Notes: a model not told the origin generated them from the letters alone. Positions 50,801-55,385 are shown, counted from the stretch's first letter. The stretch is DNA of 64,000 nucleotides from Gammaproteobacteria bacterium (GCA_965277715.1 OZ255836.1:1568001-1632000), one strand, 5' to 3'. A program made the numbers and translations.

Positions 50801-52008
50801 AGGGTCGTACTGCCCACCTGCAGGCTGGTCAAACCATCCGGGGTGCTTAGCGTAAACGTGCCCGTTGTCGTTTCACCCGTTCCTCCCTCATTGGAACCAC
50901 TGCTTAAATCGCTTTCCAGTACCTGTGCATCAGTGCCCGTAATACTGGTGGTGTTGTCAGTGAAATCAGATATTGCAGGTGAGCCATCATCTATTGATAC
51001 TACCGTTATTGCAACGGTATCCGTTGATTGTATACCACCGCTTTCAGCGGATAATACTGTTAGCGTGTCAATACCATGGAAATCAGCATTACCGATATAG
51101 CTGACCGTCGCCAACGCCGCATTGATTTGGGTTTCGGTGCCACTCAACGTTAAGGTCGGGCTACTATTGGCACCCGATAAGATTCTTGCCCCTCCAGACA
51201 AATCCACCGTCAAACTACCGCTTCCTACCGATAGTTGTGTATATGCTAAATTACCGCCCGGGTCGGAGACCCTGATACCACTAATCGCCAGCACCATATC
51301 TTCATCGACTGACTGCGTTCCCGGAACACTATTAACCGGAACAACCGGACCCGGCACAGGATCCCTCATTGGTGGTAAAACGATATCTCCCTCTTCTGCA
51401 GAGGGAGGTTCTACAAAAGATGTCGGCAACCCAGATTCACTAACCATCCTGGATGAACCTGTATTTATCATACCTTCAAAAACCCTGGTAGTCTGTTCCG
51501 GGACAGGCGATTGGAAAACCGATAGTGTAGTCGGTAGTACACCTGACCCTGTCACAACCGGCCCATCACCATTGTCTATATCGTAAGTGTCTACATCATC
51601 AATTGGACTGACCCAAACATTGAAAACTGTTTCTACAACGCTGCCATTATTATCTTCAACTGGATTGACCCAAATATTGAAAACTCTCTCTACAACGTTA
51701 CCGCTACCATCATCAACTGTAATAACAAAACTATCTACCCCTATAAAACCCTCATCAGGTTCGTAGATTACGCTACCATCCGCATTGACTGTTACGATAC
51801 CGCGCTCACCACCAGTAGCCAAACCGTAGATAACATCTTTAGTTTCACCAGGATTAACACTGTCTTCCAGGAAATTGTCATCTGTGATAGAGAACGCAAA
51901 TACGCTTGAAGGCAAGTCATTGCCGCCTGCTTCCTGTATGGTTTGGTTATTACTTTCATCAAGGCCATTGTCTTTTGGCGTTTGATTAGTAGGCACTTTT
52001 TCGCTCAT
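26821..52008 (-). CDS. Giant (8395 aa) RTX-type, type I-secreted repetitive adhesin (VCBS/Ig-like repeats)
   Basis: Single open frame of 25.2 kb. Contains an N-terminal cadherin/Big_9-like domain, 25 two-domain repeats with GALTINADGSYSY and DTFTYQITDGDGD, GGxGxD nonapeptides, and a C-terminal D.V.DF...DVLNLRDLL.GE T1SS target-like domain. No Sec signal. Confidence 0.93.
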   Translation of the reverse strand: MSEKVPTNQTPKDNGLDESNNQTIQEAGGNDLPSSVFAFSITDDNFLEDSVNPGETKDVIYGLATGGERGIVTVNADGSVIYEPDEGFIGVDSFVITVDDGSGNVVERVFNIWVNPVEDNNGSVVETVFNVWVSPIDDVDTYDIDNGDGPVVTGSGVLPTTLSVFQSPVPEQTTRVFEGMINTGSSRMVSESGLPTSFVEPPSAEEGDIVLPPMRDPVPGPVVPVNSVPGTQSVDEDMVLAISGIRVSDPGGNLAYTQLSVGSGSLTVDLSGGARILSGANSSPTLTLSGTETQINAALATVSYIGNADFHGIDTLTVLSAESGGIQSTDTVAITVVSIDDGSPAISDFTDNTTSITGTDAQVLESDLSSGSNEGGTGETTTGTFTLSTPDGLTSLQVGSTTLTAAQLAATSSSAVTIAGSNGTLSITGFNSGTGVVSYSYTLTSAATDAGNAAESDSFALTLTETDGQTITSNLLIGIVDDTPTAVADTNSVTEGTATTQAANITGNVLTDNADTLGADGAASGGAVSGIVAGSGTPGVLSNPVTGMYGALTINANGSYSYDLDDSNATVNGLGAGGSLTDTFTYQITDGDGDSSTTTLTITINGADDGAPTINDLTDNTGVIAGTDAQVLESDLSNGSNAAGAGETTTGTFTLSAPGGLTSLQVGSTTLTAAQLAATSSSAVTITGSNGTLSITGFDSSTGVVIYSYTLTGAATDVDNAAETDSFALTVTDGTNATVAGTLSIGIVDDTPTAVADTNSVTEGTSAAAANITGNVLTDSADTLGADGAASGGAVSGIVAGSGTPVALSNPVTGMYGALTINADGSYSYDLDDSNASVNGLEAGGSLTDTFTYQITDGDGDSSTTTLTITINGADDGAPTINGLIDNNANIPGTDAQVLESDLSSGSNAAGTGETTTGTFTLSTPDGLTSLQVGGTTLTAAQLVATSSSAVTITGSNGTLSITGFNSGTGAVSYSYTLAGATTDVDNAIESDSFALTLTEADGQTSTSNLLIGIVDDTPTAVADTNSVTEGTSAAAANITGNVLTDSADTLGADGAASGGAVSGIVAGSGTPVALSNPVTGMYGALTINADGSYSYDLDDSNATVNGLEAGGSLTDTFTYQITDGDGDSSTTTLTITINGADDGAPTINGLIDNNANIPGTDAQVLESDLSSGSNAAGTGETTTGTFTLSTPDGLTSLQVGSTTIMAAQLAATSSSPVTITGSNGTLSITGFDSGTGVVNYSYTLTGATTDVDNAIESDSFALTLTETDGQTTTSNLLIGIVDDTPTAVADTNSVTEGTSAAAANITGNVLTDSADTLGADGAASGGAVSGIVAGSGTPVALSNPVTGMYGALTINADGSYSYDLDDSNATVNGLEAGGSLTDTFTYQITDGDGDSSTTTLTITINGADDGAPTINGLIDNNANIPGTDAQVLESDLSSGSNAAGTGETTTGTFTLSTPDGLTSLQVGSTTLTAAQLAATSSSAVTITGSNGTLSITGFDSGTGVVNYSYTLTGATTDVDNAIESDSFALTLTEADGQTITSNLLIGIVDDTPTAVADTNIVIEGIDPAQAANITGNVLTDNADTLGADGAASGGAVSGIAAGSGTLATISTTPVTGAYGALTINADGSYSYDLDDNNTAVNALISGESLMDTFTYQITDGDGDTATTTLTITINGSNDGGLNLSGLTDNNASIPGTDAQVLESDLSSGSNAAGTGETTTGTFTLSTPDGLTSLQVGSMTLTAAQLAATSSSAVTIAGSNGTLSITGFNSGTGVVSYSYTLTGATTDAGNAAETDSFALTVTDDTNSTAAGTLSIGIVDDTPTAVADTNSVTEGTSTAAANITGNVLTDSADTLGADGAASGGAVSGIVAGSGTPVALSNPVTGMYGALTINADGSYSYDLDDSNATVNGLGAGGSLTDTFTYQITDGDGDSSTTTLTITINGADDGAPTINGLIDNNANIPGTDAQVLESDLSSGSNAAGTGETTTGTFTLSTPDGLTSLQVGSTTLTAQDLVATSSSAVTITGSNGTLSITGFNSGTGAVSYSYTLTSATTDVSNAIESDSFALTLTEADGQTTTSNLLIGIVDDAPTAVADTNSVTEGTSAAAANITGNVLTDNADTLGADGAASGGAVSGIAAGAGSGTPVALSNPVTGMYGALSINADGSYSYDLDDSNASVNGLGAGGSLTDTFTYQITDGDGDSSTTTLTITINGADDGAPTINGLTDNTGVIAGTDAQVLESDLSSGSNAAGTGETTTGTFTLSTPDGLTSLEVGGMTLTAAQLVATSSSAVTITGSNGTLSITGFNSGTGAVSYSYTLTGATTDVGNATTPETDSFALTLTETDGQTTTSNLLIGIVDDIPTAVADTNSVTEGTATAQAANITGNVLTDSADILGADGAASGGAVSGIVAGSGTPGALSNPVAGMYGALSINADGSYSYDLDDNNTAVNALISGESLMDTFTYQITDGDGDTATTTLTITINGSNDGGLNLSGLTDNNASIPGTDAQVLESDLSSGSNAAGTGETTTGTFTLSTPDGLTSLQVGSMTLTAAQLAATSSSAVTIAGSNGTLSITGFNSGTGAVSYSYTLTSATTDAGNAAETDSFALTVTDGTNATAAGTLSIGIVDDTPTAVADTNSVTEGTSAAAANITGNVLTDSADTLGADGAASGGAVSGIVAGSGTPGVLSNPVTGMYGALSINADGSYSYDLDDSNASVNGLGAGDSLMDTFTYQITDGDGDSSTTTLTITINGADDGAPTINGLTDNTGVIAGTDAQVLESDLSSGSNAAGAGETTTGTFTLSTPDGLTSLEVGSMTLTAAQLAATSSSPVTITGSNGTLSITGFNSGTGAVSYSYTLTSATTDVGNATTPETDSFALTLTEADGQTSTSNLLIGIVDDTPTAVADTNIVIEGIDPAQAANITGNVLTDNADILGADGATSGGAVSGIAAGSGTLATISTTPVAGAYGALTINADGSYSYDLDDNNTAVNALISGESLMDTFTYQITDGDGDTATTTLTITINGSNDGGPNLSGLIDNNVNIPGTDAQVLESDLSSGSNAAGTGETTTGTFTLSTPDGLTSLQVGSTTLTAAQLAATSSSAVTIVGSNGTLSITGFNSGTGVVSYSYTLTSATTDAGNAAETDSFALTVTDDTNAIAAGTLSIGIVDDTPTAVADTNSVTEGTSAAAANITGNVLTDSADTLGADGAASGGAVSGIVAGSGTPGALSNPVTGMYGALTINADGSYSYDLDDSNATVNGLGAGGSLTDTFTYQITDGDGDSSTTTLTITINGADDGAPTINGLTDNTGVIAGTDAQVLESDLSNGSNAAGTGETTTGTFTLSTPDGLTSLQVGSTTLTAQDLVATSSSAVMIIGSNGTLSITGFNSGTGVVSYSYTLTSAATDVGNATTPETDSFALTLTETDGQTTTSNLLIGIVDDTPTAVADTNSVTEGTAITQAANITGNVLTDSADTLGADGAASGGAVSGIVAGSGTPVALSNPVTGMYGALSINADGSYSYDLDDSNASVNGLGAGGSLTDTFTYQITDGDGDSSTTTLTITINGADDGAPTINGLTDNTGVIAGTDAQVLESDLSSGSNAAGTGETTTGTFTLSTPDGLTSLEVGGMTLTAAQLAATSSSPMTITGSNGTLSITGFDSGTGAVSYSYTLMSATTDVDNAIESDSFALTLTETDGQTSTSNLLIGIVDDTPTAVADTNSVTEGTSAAAANITGNVLTDSADTLGADGAASGGAVSGIVAGSGTPVALSNPVTGMYGALSINADGSYSYDLDDSNATVNGLGAGDSLMDTFTYQITDGDGDSSTTTLTITINGADDGAPTINGLIDNNANIPGTDAQVLESDLSSGSNAAGTGETTTGTFTLSTPDGLTSLEVGGMTLTAAQLAATSSSPVTITGSNGTLSITGFNSGTGAVSYSYTLAGATTDVDNAIESDSFALTLTETDGQTSMSNLLIGIVDDTPTAVADTNSVTEGTSAAAANITGNVLTDSADTLGADGAASGGAVSGIVAGSGTPGALSNPVTGMYGALTINADGSYSYDLDDSNASVNGLGAGDSLMDTFTYQITDGDGDSSTTTLTITINGADDGAPTINGLTDNTGVIAGTDAQVLESDLSSGSNAAGTGETTTGTFTLSTPDGLTSLQVGSTTLTVQDLAATSSSPVTITGSNGTLSITGFNSGTGAVSYSYTLTSATTDVGNATTPETDSFALTLTETDGQTITSNLLIGIVDDTPTAVADTNSVTEGAATAQAANITGNVLTDNADILGADGAASGGAVSGIAAGSGTLATISTTPVAGAYGALTINADGSYSYDLDDNNTAVNALISGESLMDTFTYQITDGDGDTATTTLTITINGSNDGGPNLSGLTDNNASIPGTDAQVLESDLSSGSNAAGTGETTTGTFTLSTPDGLTSLQVGSTIIMAAQLAATSTSSAVTITGSNGTLSITGFNSGTGVVSYSYTLTGATTDAGNAAETDSFALTVTDDTNATAAGTLSIGIVDDTPTAVADTNSVTEGTSAAAANITGNVLTDSADTLGADGAASGGAVSGIVAGSGTPGVLSNPVTGMYGALTINADGSYSYDLDDSNATVNGLGAGGSLTDTFTYQITDGDGDSSTTTLTITINGADDGAPTINGLIDNNANIPGTDAQVLESDLSSGSNAAGTGETTTGTFTLSTPDGLTSLQVGSTTLTAQDLVATSSSAVTITGSNGTLSITGFNSGTGVVNYSYTLAGATTDVDNAIESDSFALTLTETDGQTITSNLLIGIVDDTPTAVADTNSVTEGTAITQAANITGNVLTDNADTLGADGAASGGAVSGIVAGSGTPVALSNPVTGMYGALSINADGSYSYDLDDSNATVNGLGAGGSLTDTFTYQITDGDGDSSTTTLTITINGADDGAPTINGLIDNTGVIAGTDAQVLESDLSSGSNAAGTGETTTGTFTLSTPDGLTSLEVGGTTLTAAQLAATSSSPVTITGSNGTLSITGFDSGTGAVSYSYTLTSAATDVDNAIESDSFALTLTETDDQTTTSNLLIGIVDDTPTAVADTNSVTEGTSAAAANITGNVLTDSADTLGADGVASGGAVSGIVAGSGTPVALSNPVTGMYGALNINADGSYSYDLDDSNASVNGLGAGDSLTDTFTYQITDGDGDSSTTTLTITINGADDGAPTINDLIDNNANIPGTDAQVLESDLSNGSNAMGAGETTTGMFTLSTPDGLTSLQVGGTTIMAAQLAATSSSPVTITGSNGTLSITGFNSGTGVVSYSYTLTSAATDVSNAIESDSFALTLTEADGQTSTSNLLIGIVDDTPTAVADTNSVTEGTSAAAANITGNVLTDSADTLGADGGAVSGIVAGSGTPGALSNPVTGMYGALSINADGSYSYDLDDSNASVNGLRAGGSLTDTFTYQITDGDGDSSTTTLTITINGADDGAPTINDLTDNTGVIAGTDAQVLESDLSNGSNAAGAGETTTGTFTLSTPDGLTSLQVGGTTIMAAQLAATSSSPVTITGSNGTLSITGFNTGTGAVSYSYTLAGATTDVDNAIESDSFALTLTEADGQTIASNLLIGIVDDTPTAVADTNSVTEGTSTAAAANITGNVLTDSADTLGADGAASGGAVSGIVAGSGTPVALSNPVTGMYGALSINADGSYSYDLDDSNATVNGLGAGGSLTDTFTYQITDGDGDSSTTTLTITINGADDGAPTINGLIDNNANIPGTDVQVLESDLSNGSNATGTGETTAGTFTLSTPDGLTSLQVGGTTLTAAQLAATSSSAMTITGSNGTLSITGFNSGTGVVNYSYTLAGATTDVDNAIESDSFALTLTEADGQTTTSNLLIGIVDDIPTAVADTNSVTEGTSAAAANITGNVLTDSADDTLGADGAASGGAVSGIVAGSGTPVALSNPVTGMYGALSINADGSYSYDLDDSNATVNGLGAGGSLTDTFTYQITDGDGDSSTTTLTITINGADDGAPTINDLTDNTGVIAGTDAQVLESDLSNGSNAGGTGETTTGMFTLSTPDGLTSLQVGGTTLTAAQLAATSSSAMTITGSNGTLSITGFNSGTGVVNYSYTLAGATTDVGNATTPETDSFALTLTETDGQTSTSNLLIGIVDDTPTAVADTNSVTEGTSAAAANITGNVLTDSADTLGADGAASGGAVSGIVAGSGTPGALSNPVTGMYGALTINADGSYSYDLDDSNATVNGLGAGGSLTDTFTYQITDGDGDSSTTTLTITINGADDGAPTINDLIDNNANIPGTDVQVLESDLSNGSNAAGTGETTAGTFTLSTPDGLTSLQVGGTTLTAAQLAATSSSAMTITGINGTLSITGFNSGTGAVSYSYTLAGATTDVDNAIESDSFALTLTEADGQTTTSNLLIGIVDDIPTAVADTNSVTEGTSAAAANITGNVLTDSADDTLGADGAASGGAVSGIVAGSGTPVALSNPVTGMYGALSINADGSYSYDLDDSNATVNGLGAGGSLTDTFTYQITDGDGDSSTTTLTITINGADDGAPTINNLIDNNANIPGTDAQVLESDLSSGSNAMGTGETTTGMFTLSTPDGLTSLQVGGTTLTAAQLAATSSSAMTITGSNGTLSITGFNSGTGVVNYSYTLAGATTDVDNAIESDSFALTLTEADGQTTTSNLLIGIVDDTPTAVADTNSVTEGTSAAAANITGNVLTDSADDTLGADGAASGGAVSGIVAGSGTPGVLSNPVTGMYGALSINADGSYSYDLDDSNATVNGLGAGGSLTDTFTYQITDGDGDSSTTTLTITINGADDGAPTINNLIDNTGVIAGTDAQVLESDLSNGSNAGGTGETTTGMFTLSTPDGLISLQVGGTTIMAAQLAATSSSPVTITGSNGTLSITGFNSGTGVVNYSYTLAGATTDVGNATTPETDNFALTLTETDGQTSTSNLLIGIVDDTPTAVADTNSVTEGTATAQAANITGNVLTDSADTLGADGGAVSGIVAGSGTPGALLNPVAGMYGALSINADGSYSYDLDDSNATVNGLGAGDSLTDTFTYQITDGDGDSSTTTLTITINGIADTPRVDWDINTDNFVTTGAGATTTSVVFNDNAANTAVSLTNSSGADAIDVDTISVITFTVGGLQDGDSEILNIGGVNFALGTAVADQTITVSANNVEVTVTNVTASTASITITGPSDAVINEALVDDILNSITYQNTATSPTSGDRTLAVQLTDGAATVGNSAVATIRVNTAPVIDLDGSVTGIDYTNSPSLLTVQSATGVRLTDTDLTVSDDATSNGFSSLTVTANNVGTGDQLRIDGGATGVDGGDVSIDLNAGTDSQTVVINGVTYNLAYNGTGDVLTVARDTGNLSTVEARAFLNATHFRNSAFDGVVRTFAIAGIDALTLSTAAAAVATIQTIPVTNDPANFTAVATEDVALDLTLANFGGNAALANIRIDTLGINNGTLFLDEDNDSVVDAGEAVSAADVITRAQLDAGQLSYLSNLNSDVDGSSFTFSVQNTGEDFNLNPATGTINVNPAIDGVDLARVPEAQFSGILDLPTTIFGPGVDVRIGTTNADTIVVSGSTPTVIFAGVGNDTVTGGSGNDTIYGDHNGEVFPISFTIGTMPNRSPIRPLDTDGSETITSIVLRNIPNGVVVRDNNGNETTDGTHSVNLGPDTVGSSGQNWDLASIHVIAIDQEHADLISTSIDFDLRLDVITTENDSDGGGTQLINLNTSRIFYLFTPNTELETAGSDTINGGAGDDIIYGNLGFDTLTGGDGNDMLYDTSLTLFTGGEGDDVFFVRRQRNTDNDYSDTTLNFVNTALTQLHGYSGGGGNDTLRITEHGTILYANTSQGITVETLDYNGFSDVTIEITSPTAFTLDTLIDFSSGANNGVGATALDTVISRQAYTTGTAFTDSFLGNNFNNIFIAAGNAARGEATGSTGSTHHVRAQNTTTNDVFYAAPGLYAFGGNANNQTINGNDSFVWGRNTAGVLSTVANANFAGVELIGFNTNDGAGLLASELDVIDLRDLLIGEYYEGDASNVTGIGNLASYIDVGSVGEAFLRVNVAGTGGLPASEFNLQIDVNSNSADISNLYGGATTNAQRIENLIENGILLVDNQGGATSGATAGGDAIMGTAAADSIAGEGGNDTISGLAGNDYLHGWEGVDTIYGGSNTNAIAAGNVAGINSGSDTNTGTGNDEIYGGAGADILYGQDGDDVIKGDQQVQYNILETNDVEGAVGSNSVDGAQDSDDIIRGGSGSDTIYSNGGDDILVWGVGDHGTAGAANRDTDIVMDFRRFDEVVIPGILMNSFSGRFAEDDRDGKDVLNLRDLLEGENQNTINVNGASLNIGNLADYLYIETNVSGVNLYIDHDGTGGTNAGILAGAADTTAAAQLTAAQANADLLITLKSRSDFVVGTDGDHARMLDYLISNSIVITDTV
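30902..50940 (-). repeat. Intragenic tandem array of 25 near-identical units of 789-813 bp
   Basis: The ITDGDGD anchor recurs 25 times (antisense ORF ends 30964, 31762 ... 50251); all spacings are multiples of 3. Confidence 0.95.
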
Positions 52009-52084
52009 GATCTTGATTCTCTAGTGGTTAACGGCCAACCTTTCAGGCTTCCTTTAGAATAGGTTTTAGGCCCACAAGGATTAC

Positions 52085-52112
52085 AATTAGTTCAAATTAG
52101 TTCAATTAGTTC
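52085..52112. repeat. Three direct copies of AATTAGTTC upstream of the giant adhesin; possible regulator site
   Basis: AATTAGTTC at 52085, 52095 and 52104, about 77-104 bp upstream of the start codon. Confidence 0.55.
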
Positions 52113-52275
52113 AACTGTTTCAGTACAAAGGGTACTATAAATTTTATCGCATGATGCATATGGACAACACAAAGCTAGACCTTCGTCTCACTATTATCCA
52201 CTAAATTCAAACGTTAATCAGCAAGTGGTTATTGTCGATACTGGAATGTTTTTGGGCAATTGCTTCCACTCTCTG

Positions 52276-53544
52276 TCAAACTGTATCGGTGACGACAATA
52301 CTATTACCGATTAAGCTGTCTAACATACTTGATTGATGTTCACTGGTGCCAACCACAATATCAGGCCTTGTTTTTAACGTAATTAACAGATCAGCATTGG
52401 TTTGTGCCGCCGTTAATTGGGCTGTAGCCGTTGTATCCGCCGCACCCGCCGAAATGCCCGCATTTGTCCCGCCGGTGCCATTGTGATCAATGTAAAGGTT
52501 AACGCCTGCATCATTGATGTCAATATAAATATAATCAGCAAGGTTACCAATATCCAGGTTCACACCACTTACGTCGATGGTGTTTTGATTTTCTCCCTCC
52601 AACAGATCTACCAGGTTCAATACATCCTGCCTATCCCGATTATCTTCAGTGGCGTCAAAACGGCGAAAATCCATGACAATGTCTGTATCTCTACTATCTG
52701 CATCTGCTGTGCCGTGGTTATCAATACCCCATACCTCTGTAAAAGGTAGTAACAATCCAGGTTCTTCAATCGTTCCAGATGAACCTGAACTTATTATTTT
52801 TTCAAAATGCGAAATAGTCTGTTCCAAAACAGGTGACGGTGAAATCATTATTGCCGGTGTCACTGGTAATGCCCCTGCCCCTGTTAAAGTCGTCGTATAA
52901 ATCAGGCCAATAGGTGTTCCCACACCCTCACCGATATAAACAGTGACCTCTTGCGGTTTACTGCCTAAACCATCCGTTGGTGCCACCAGAAAGGTATCCA
53001 CCCCCGTAAAAGACGGGTTCGGTTGATAGGTAAACGTACCGTTGGGGTTGAGTTCAACCGTACCGTGACTTGCATCACCGACCAAATCATAGGCAATGGG
53101 ATCGCCCTCTGGATCGATTGCAAATAAACCCGATTCTATCAGTACCCCCTGTTCTGTAGCATACTCATAGCTTGCCAAAACCGGCACATCATTAGTGCCT
53201 GCATCATCAACTGGATTGACCCATATATTGACAACTTTTTTTATAACGTTACCACTACCATCATCAGCCGTAATAACAAAACTATCTGACCCTGCAAAAT
53301 CCTTACCGGGTTCATAGCTGAAGGTACCGTCTGCATTGATTGTCACTCTACCTTGTCCGCTACCAACAGCCAAACCGTAGACAACACCCTCAATCTCACC
53401 AGAATTAACACTGCTTTCCAGCAGGCTGTCTTCTGTAGTAGAAAACGCCAATACGGCTGGAGACGCGGCATTGCCGCCTATTTCCTGTATGGTTTGATTA
53501 TCACTTTCAACGCCATTATCTTTTAGCACTTGATTAGTAAACAC
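52276..53544 (-). CDS. 422-aa short paralog of the giant adhesin: two Ig/cadherin-like domains plus a T1SS C-terminal-like domain
   Basis: N-terminal ~115 aa and C-terminal ~150 aa align by eye with the two ends of the 8395-aa protein; GTG start 7 nt after AGGAG. Confidence 0.85.
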   Translation of the reverse strand: MFTNQVLKDNGVESDNQTIQEIGGNAASPAVLAFSTTEDSLLESSVNSGEIEGVVYGLAVGSGQGRVTINADGTFSYEPGKDFAGSDSFVITADDGSGNVIKKVVNIWVNPVDDAGTNDVPVLASYEYATEQGVLIESGLFAIDPEGDPIAYDLVGDASHGTVELNPNGTFTYQPNPSFTGVDTFLVAPTDGLGSKPQEVTVYIGEGVGTPIGLIYTTTLTGAGALPVTPAIMISPSPVLEQTISHFEKIISSGSSGTIEEPGLLLPFTEVWGIDNHGTADADSRDTDIVMDFRRFDATEDNRDRQDVLNLVDLLEGENQNTIDVSGVNLDIGNLADYIYIDINDAGVNLYIDHNGTGGTNAGISAGAADTTATAQLTAAQTNADLLITLKTRPDIVVGTSEHQSSMLDSLIGNSIVVTDTV

Positions 53545-53738
53545 TTTTTCACTCCTGGTATCGGCACTCTGGTAGTCAACGCAGTTAGCGGCCAGGCTTC
53601 AGATATCTTTAGAAGAAAATTTGAACTCACAGGAATTGCGCGTTAGTCCAACGGTCTTAGCGCGAAGGTAGCCGTTCCCGCTGATCAGAGAACGCCTGTA
53701 AAAATGTAGGTTATGGGAGGTGTGGGTTGTGGGGAAGG

Positions 53739-55133
53739 TTAACAGGCAATTAACTTGCCCGGGTTCATCAAATCATCCGGATCCAGCGCGGCTTTTATGG
53801 TCTGCATCATTTCAATAGCATTATCACCGTGTTCGGGGCGCATATCATCCAGCTTACCCAAACCAATGCCGTGCTCGCCTGTACAAGTCCCGCCCATCGC
53901 CAAGGTGCGTTCAACCAGCCGGGCATTGAGTTGTTTGGCTGCCTCCAACTCATGTGGGTCATCTGGATCGATAAAGATGGTTAAATGAAAATTGCCATCA
54001 CCAACATGCCCCAACAAGGGGGAATACAGCTTGGTTTGCACCAGGTCCCGCTGGGTGTCAGCAATGCATTCAGCTAATCGGGATATTGGCACGCACACAT
54101 CGGTGACGTAGCCTTTACCACCCGGTGACATCGCCAGGCCAGCGTAGTAGGCGCTGTGACGGGCATTCCACAGTTTGTTACGCTCTTCCTCGCGCTCGGC
54201 CCACTGAAAATCACCACCACCGTGTTCAGCCGCGATTTCACCAAATAAGGCCGCCTGCTGCTGCGCCCATTCGGTGGTACCGTGAAATTCCAGGAATAGT
54301 GTATCCAGCTCAGCATAGTCGGTTTTGCTGTAGCGATTGATCGCGTGCATGTAGGCGGCATCAAGCAATTCGATACGCGCCACCGGAATGCCGCTTTGAA
54401 TGGTTTGAATGGTCGCGTTGGTCGCGGCGTCGATCGTTGGAAAGTTGACCATCGCCGCCGACATGGCTTCAGGCATACCGTATAAGCGCAAACCCAGCTC
54501 GGTGATAATGCCCAGTGTGCCCTCGGCACCGACAAATAACCGGGTAAGGTCATAGCCCGCCGCTGATTTACGCGCCCGTGTACCGGTTTTAATGACATTG
54601 CCCTGCGCGGTGACGACTGTCAGCGACAATACGTTCTCACGCATGGTGCCATAGCGCACCGCGTTGGTGCCAGAGGCACGCGTTGAGGCCATGCCACCCA
54701 GCGATGCATCAGCACCGGGATCGATAGGGAAAAACAACCCGGTATCACGGATATAGGCATTGAGTTGTTTGCGGGTAACGCCTGCCTGAACGCGGCAATC
54801 CAGATCGTCATCACTCACTTCAAGGATGGCGTTCATGCGCGACATATCCACACAGATACCGCCGTATACAGCTTGAACATGCCCCTCTAAGGATGTGCCC
54901 GTACCAAATGGCACAATGGGCACCTTGTGCGCCGCACATAGCTGGACGATGCTGGCGACTTCTTCGGTGGTCTCTGGGAAACACACGGCATCCGGCATTT
55001 GCACCGGGTGCCAGGACTCTCCATGCCCATGTTGTTCACGCACCGACAGCGAAGTGGAAACCCGCTTGTCGAGTAACCGGATCAGGGCGGTAACAACTGA
55101 TTCAATAACAGCCGCTTCAGCAGTAGCACGCAT
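53739..55133 (-). CDS. FAD-linked oxidase, D-lactate dehydrogenase (cytochrome)/GlcD-like family
   Basis: PFGTGTSLEGH, FFPIDPGADASLGGM.STRASGTNAVRYG, GHVGDGNFH, GTCTGEHGIG, LDP...MNPGK. Confidence 0.92.
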   Translation of the reverse strand: MRATAEAAVIESVVTALIRLLDKRVSTSLSVREQHGHGESWHPVQMPDAVCFPETTEEVASIVQLCAAHKVPIVPFGTGTSLEGHVQAVYGGICVDMSRMNAILEVSDDDLDCRVQAGVTRKQLNAYIRDTGLFFPIDPGADASLGGMASTRASGTNAVRYGTMRENVLSLTVVTAQGNVIKTGTRARKSAAGYDLTRLFVGAEGTLGIITELGLRLYGMPEAMSAAMVNFPTIDAATNATIQTIQSGIPVARIELLDAAYMHAINRYSKTDYAELDTLFLEFHGTTEWAQQQAALFGEIAAEHGGGDFQWAEREEERNKLWNARHSAYYAGLAMSPGGKGYVTDVCVPISRLAECIADTQRDLVQTKLYSPLLGHVGDGNFHLTIFIDPDDPHELEAAKQLNARLVERTLAMGGTCTGEHGIGLGKLDDMRPEHGDNAIEMMQTIKAALDPDDLMNPGKLIAC

Positions 55134-55202
55134 AGGAACCTCTGTGAAAAATCCCCGGTTTTGGGTTCAGCCTGAAAGCATCAGCACCAGGGAAGAAAAA
55201 CG

Positions 55203-55385
55203 TTAACTAAACACTTTCCAGAGAATGGCACACGTAAAGACAAAGTTAAAGCCAATCATCCAACGCACAAAGCGTTTCTCCGATTTCGCTTCGAGGGCAT
55301 TTGTTCTCACTTCCTGAATACTGGTTTTGGTTGCCACCTGCGTATCCAGTGCTTCAACAAATGCCTCTTTGTATGGCTGTGGTTT
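55203..55385 (-). pseudogene. Probable remnant of a small DUF1640/CCDC90-like coiled-coil membrane protein gene
   Basis: Startless frame EAFVEALDTQVATKTSIQEV...VRWMIGFNFVFTCAILWKVFS*, preceded by an in-frame TAG. Confidence 0.45.

Noticed and set aside
30902-50940. Regular array considered as CRISPR or a recombinase-driven cassette array
   Set aside because: Units are ~800 bp, fully coding and in frame, with no unique spacers, cas genes or recombinase.
30680-51586. Dozens of repeated 70-155 aa ORFs on the + strand
   Set aside because: They are antisense shadows of the adhesin repeats, with no RBS pattern or independent protein features.
52009-52275. c-di-GMP riboswitch upstream of the adhesin genes
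   Set aside because: No GGCAAAC..GAAA..GACGCAAA pattern seen by eye; an Rfam scan would be needed to exclude it fully.
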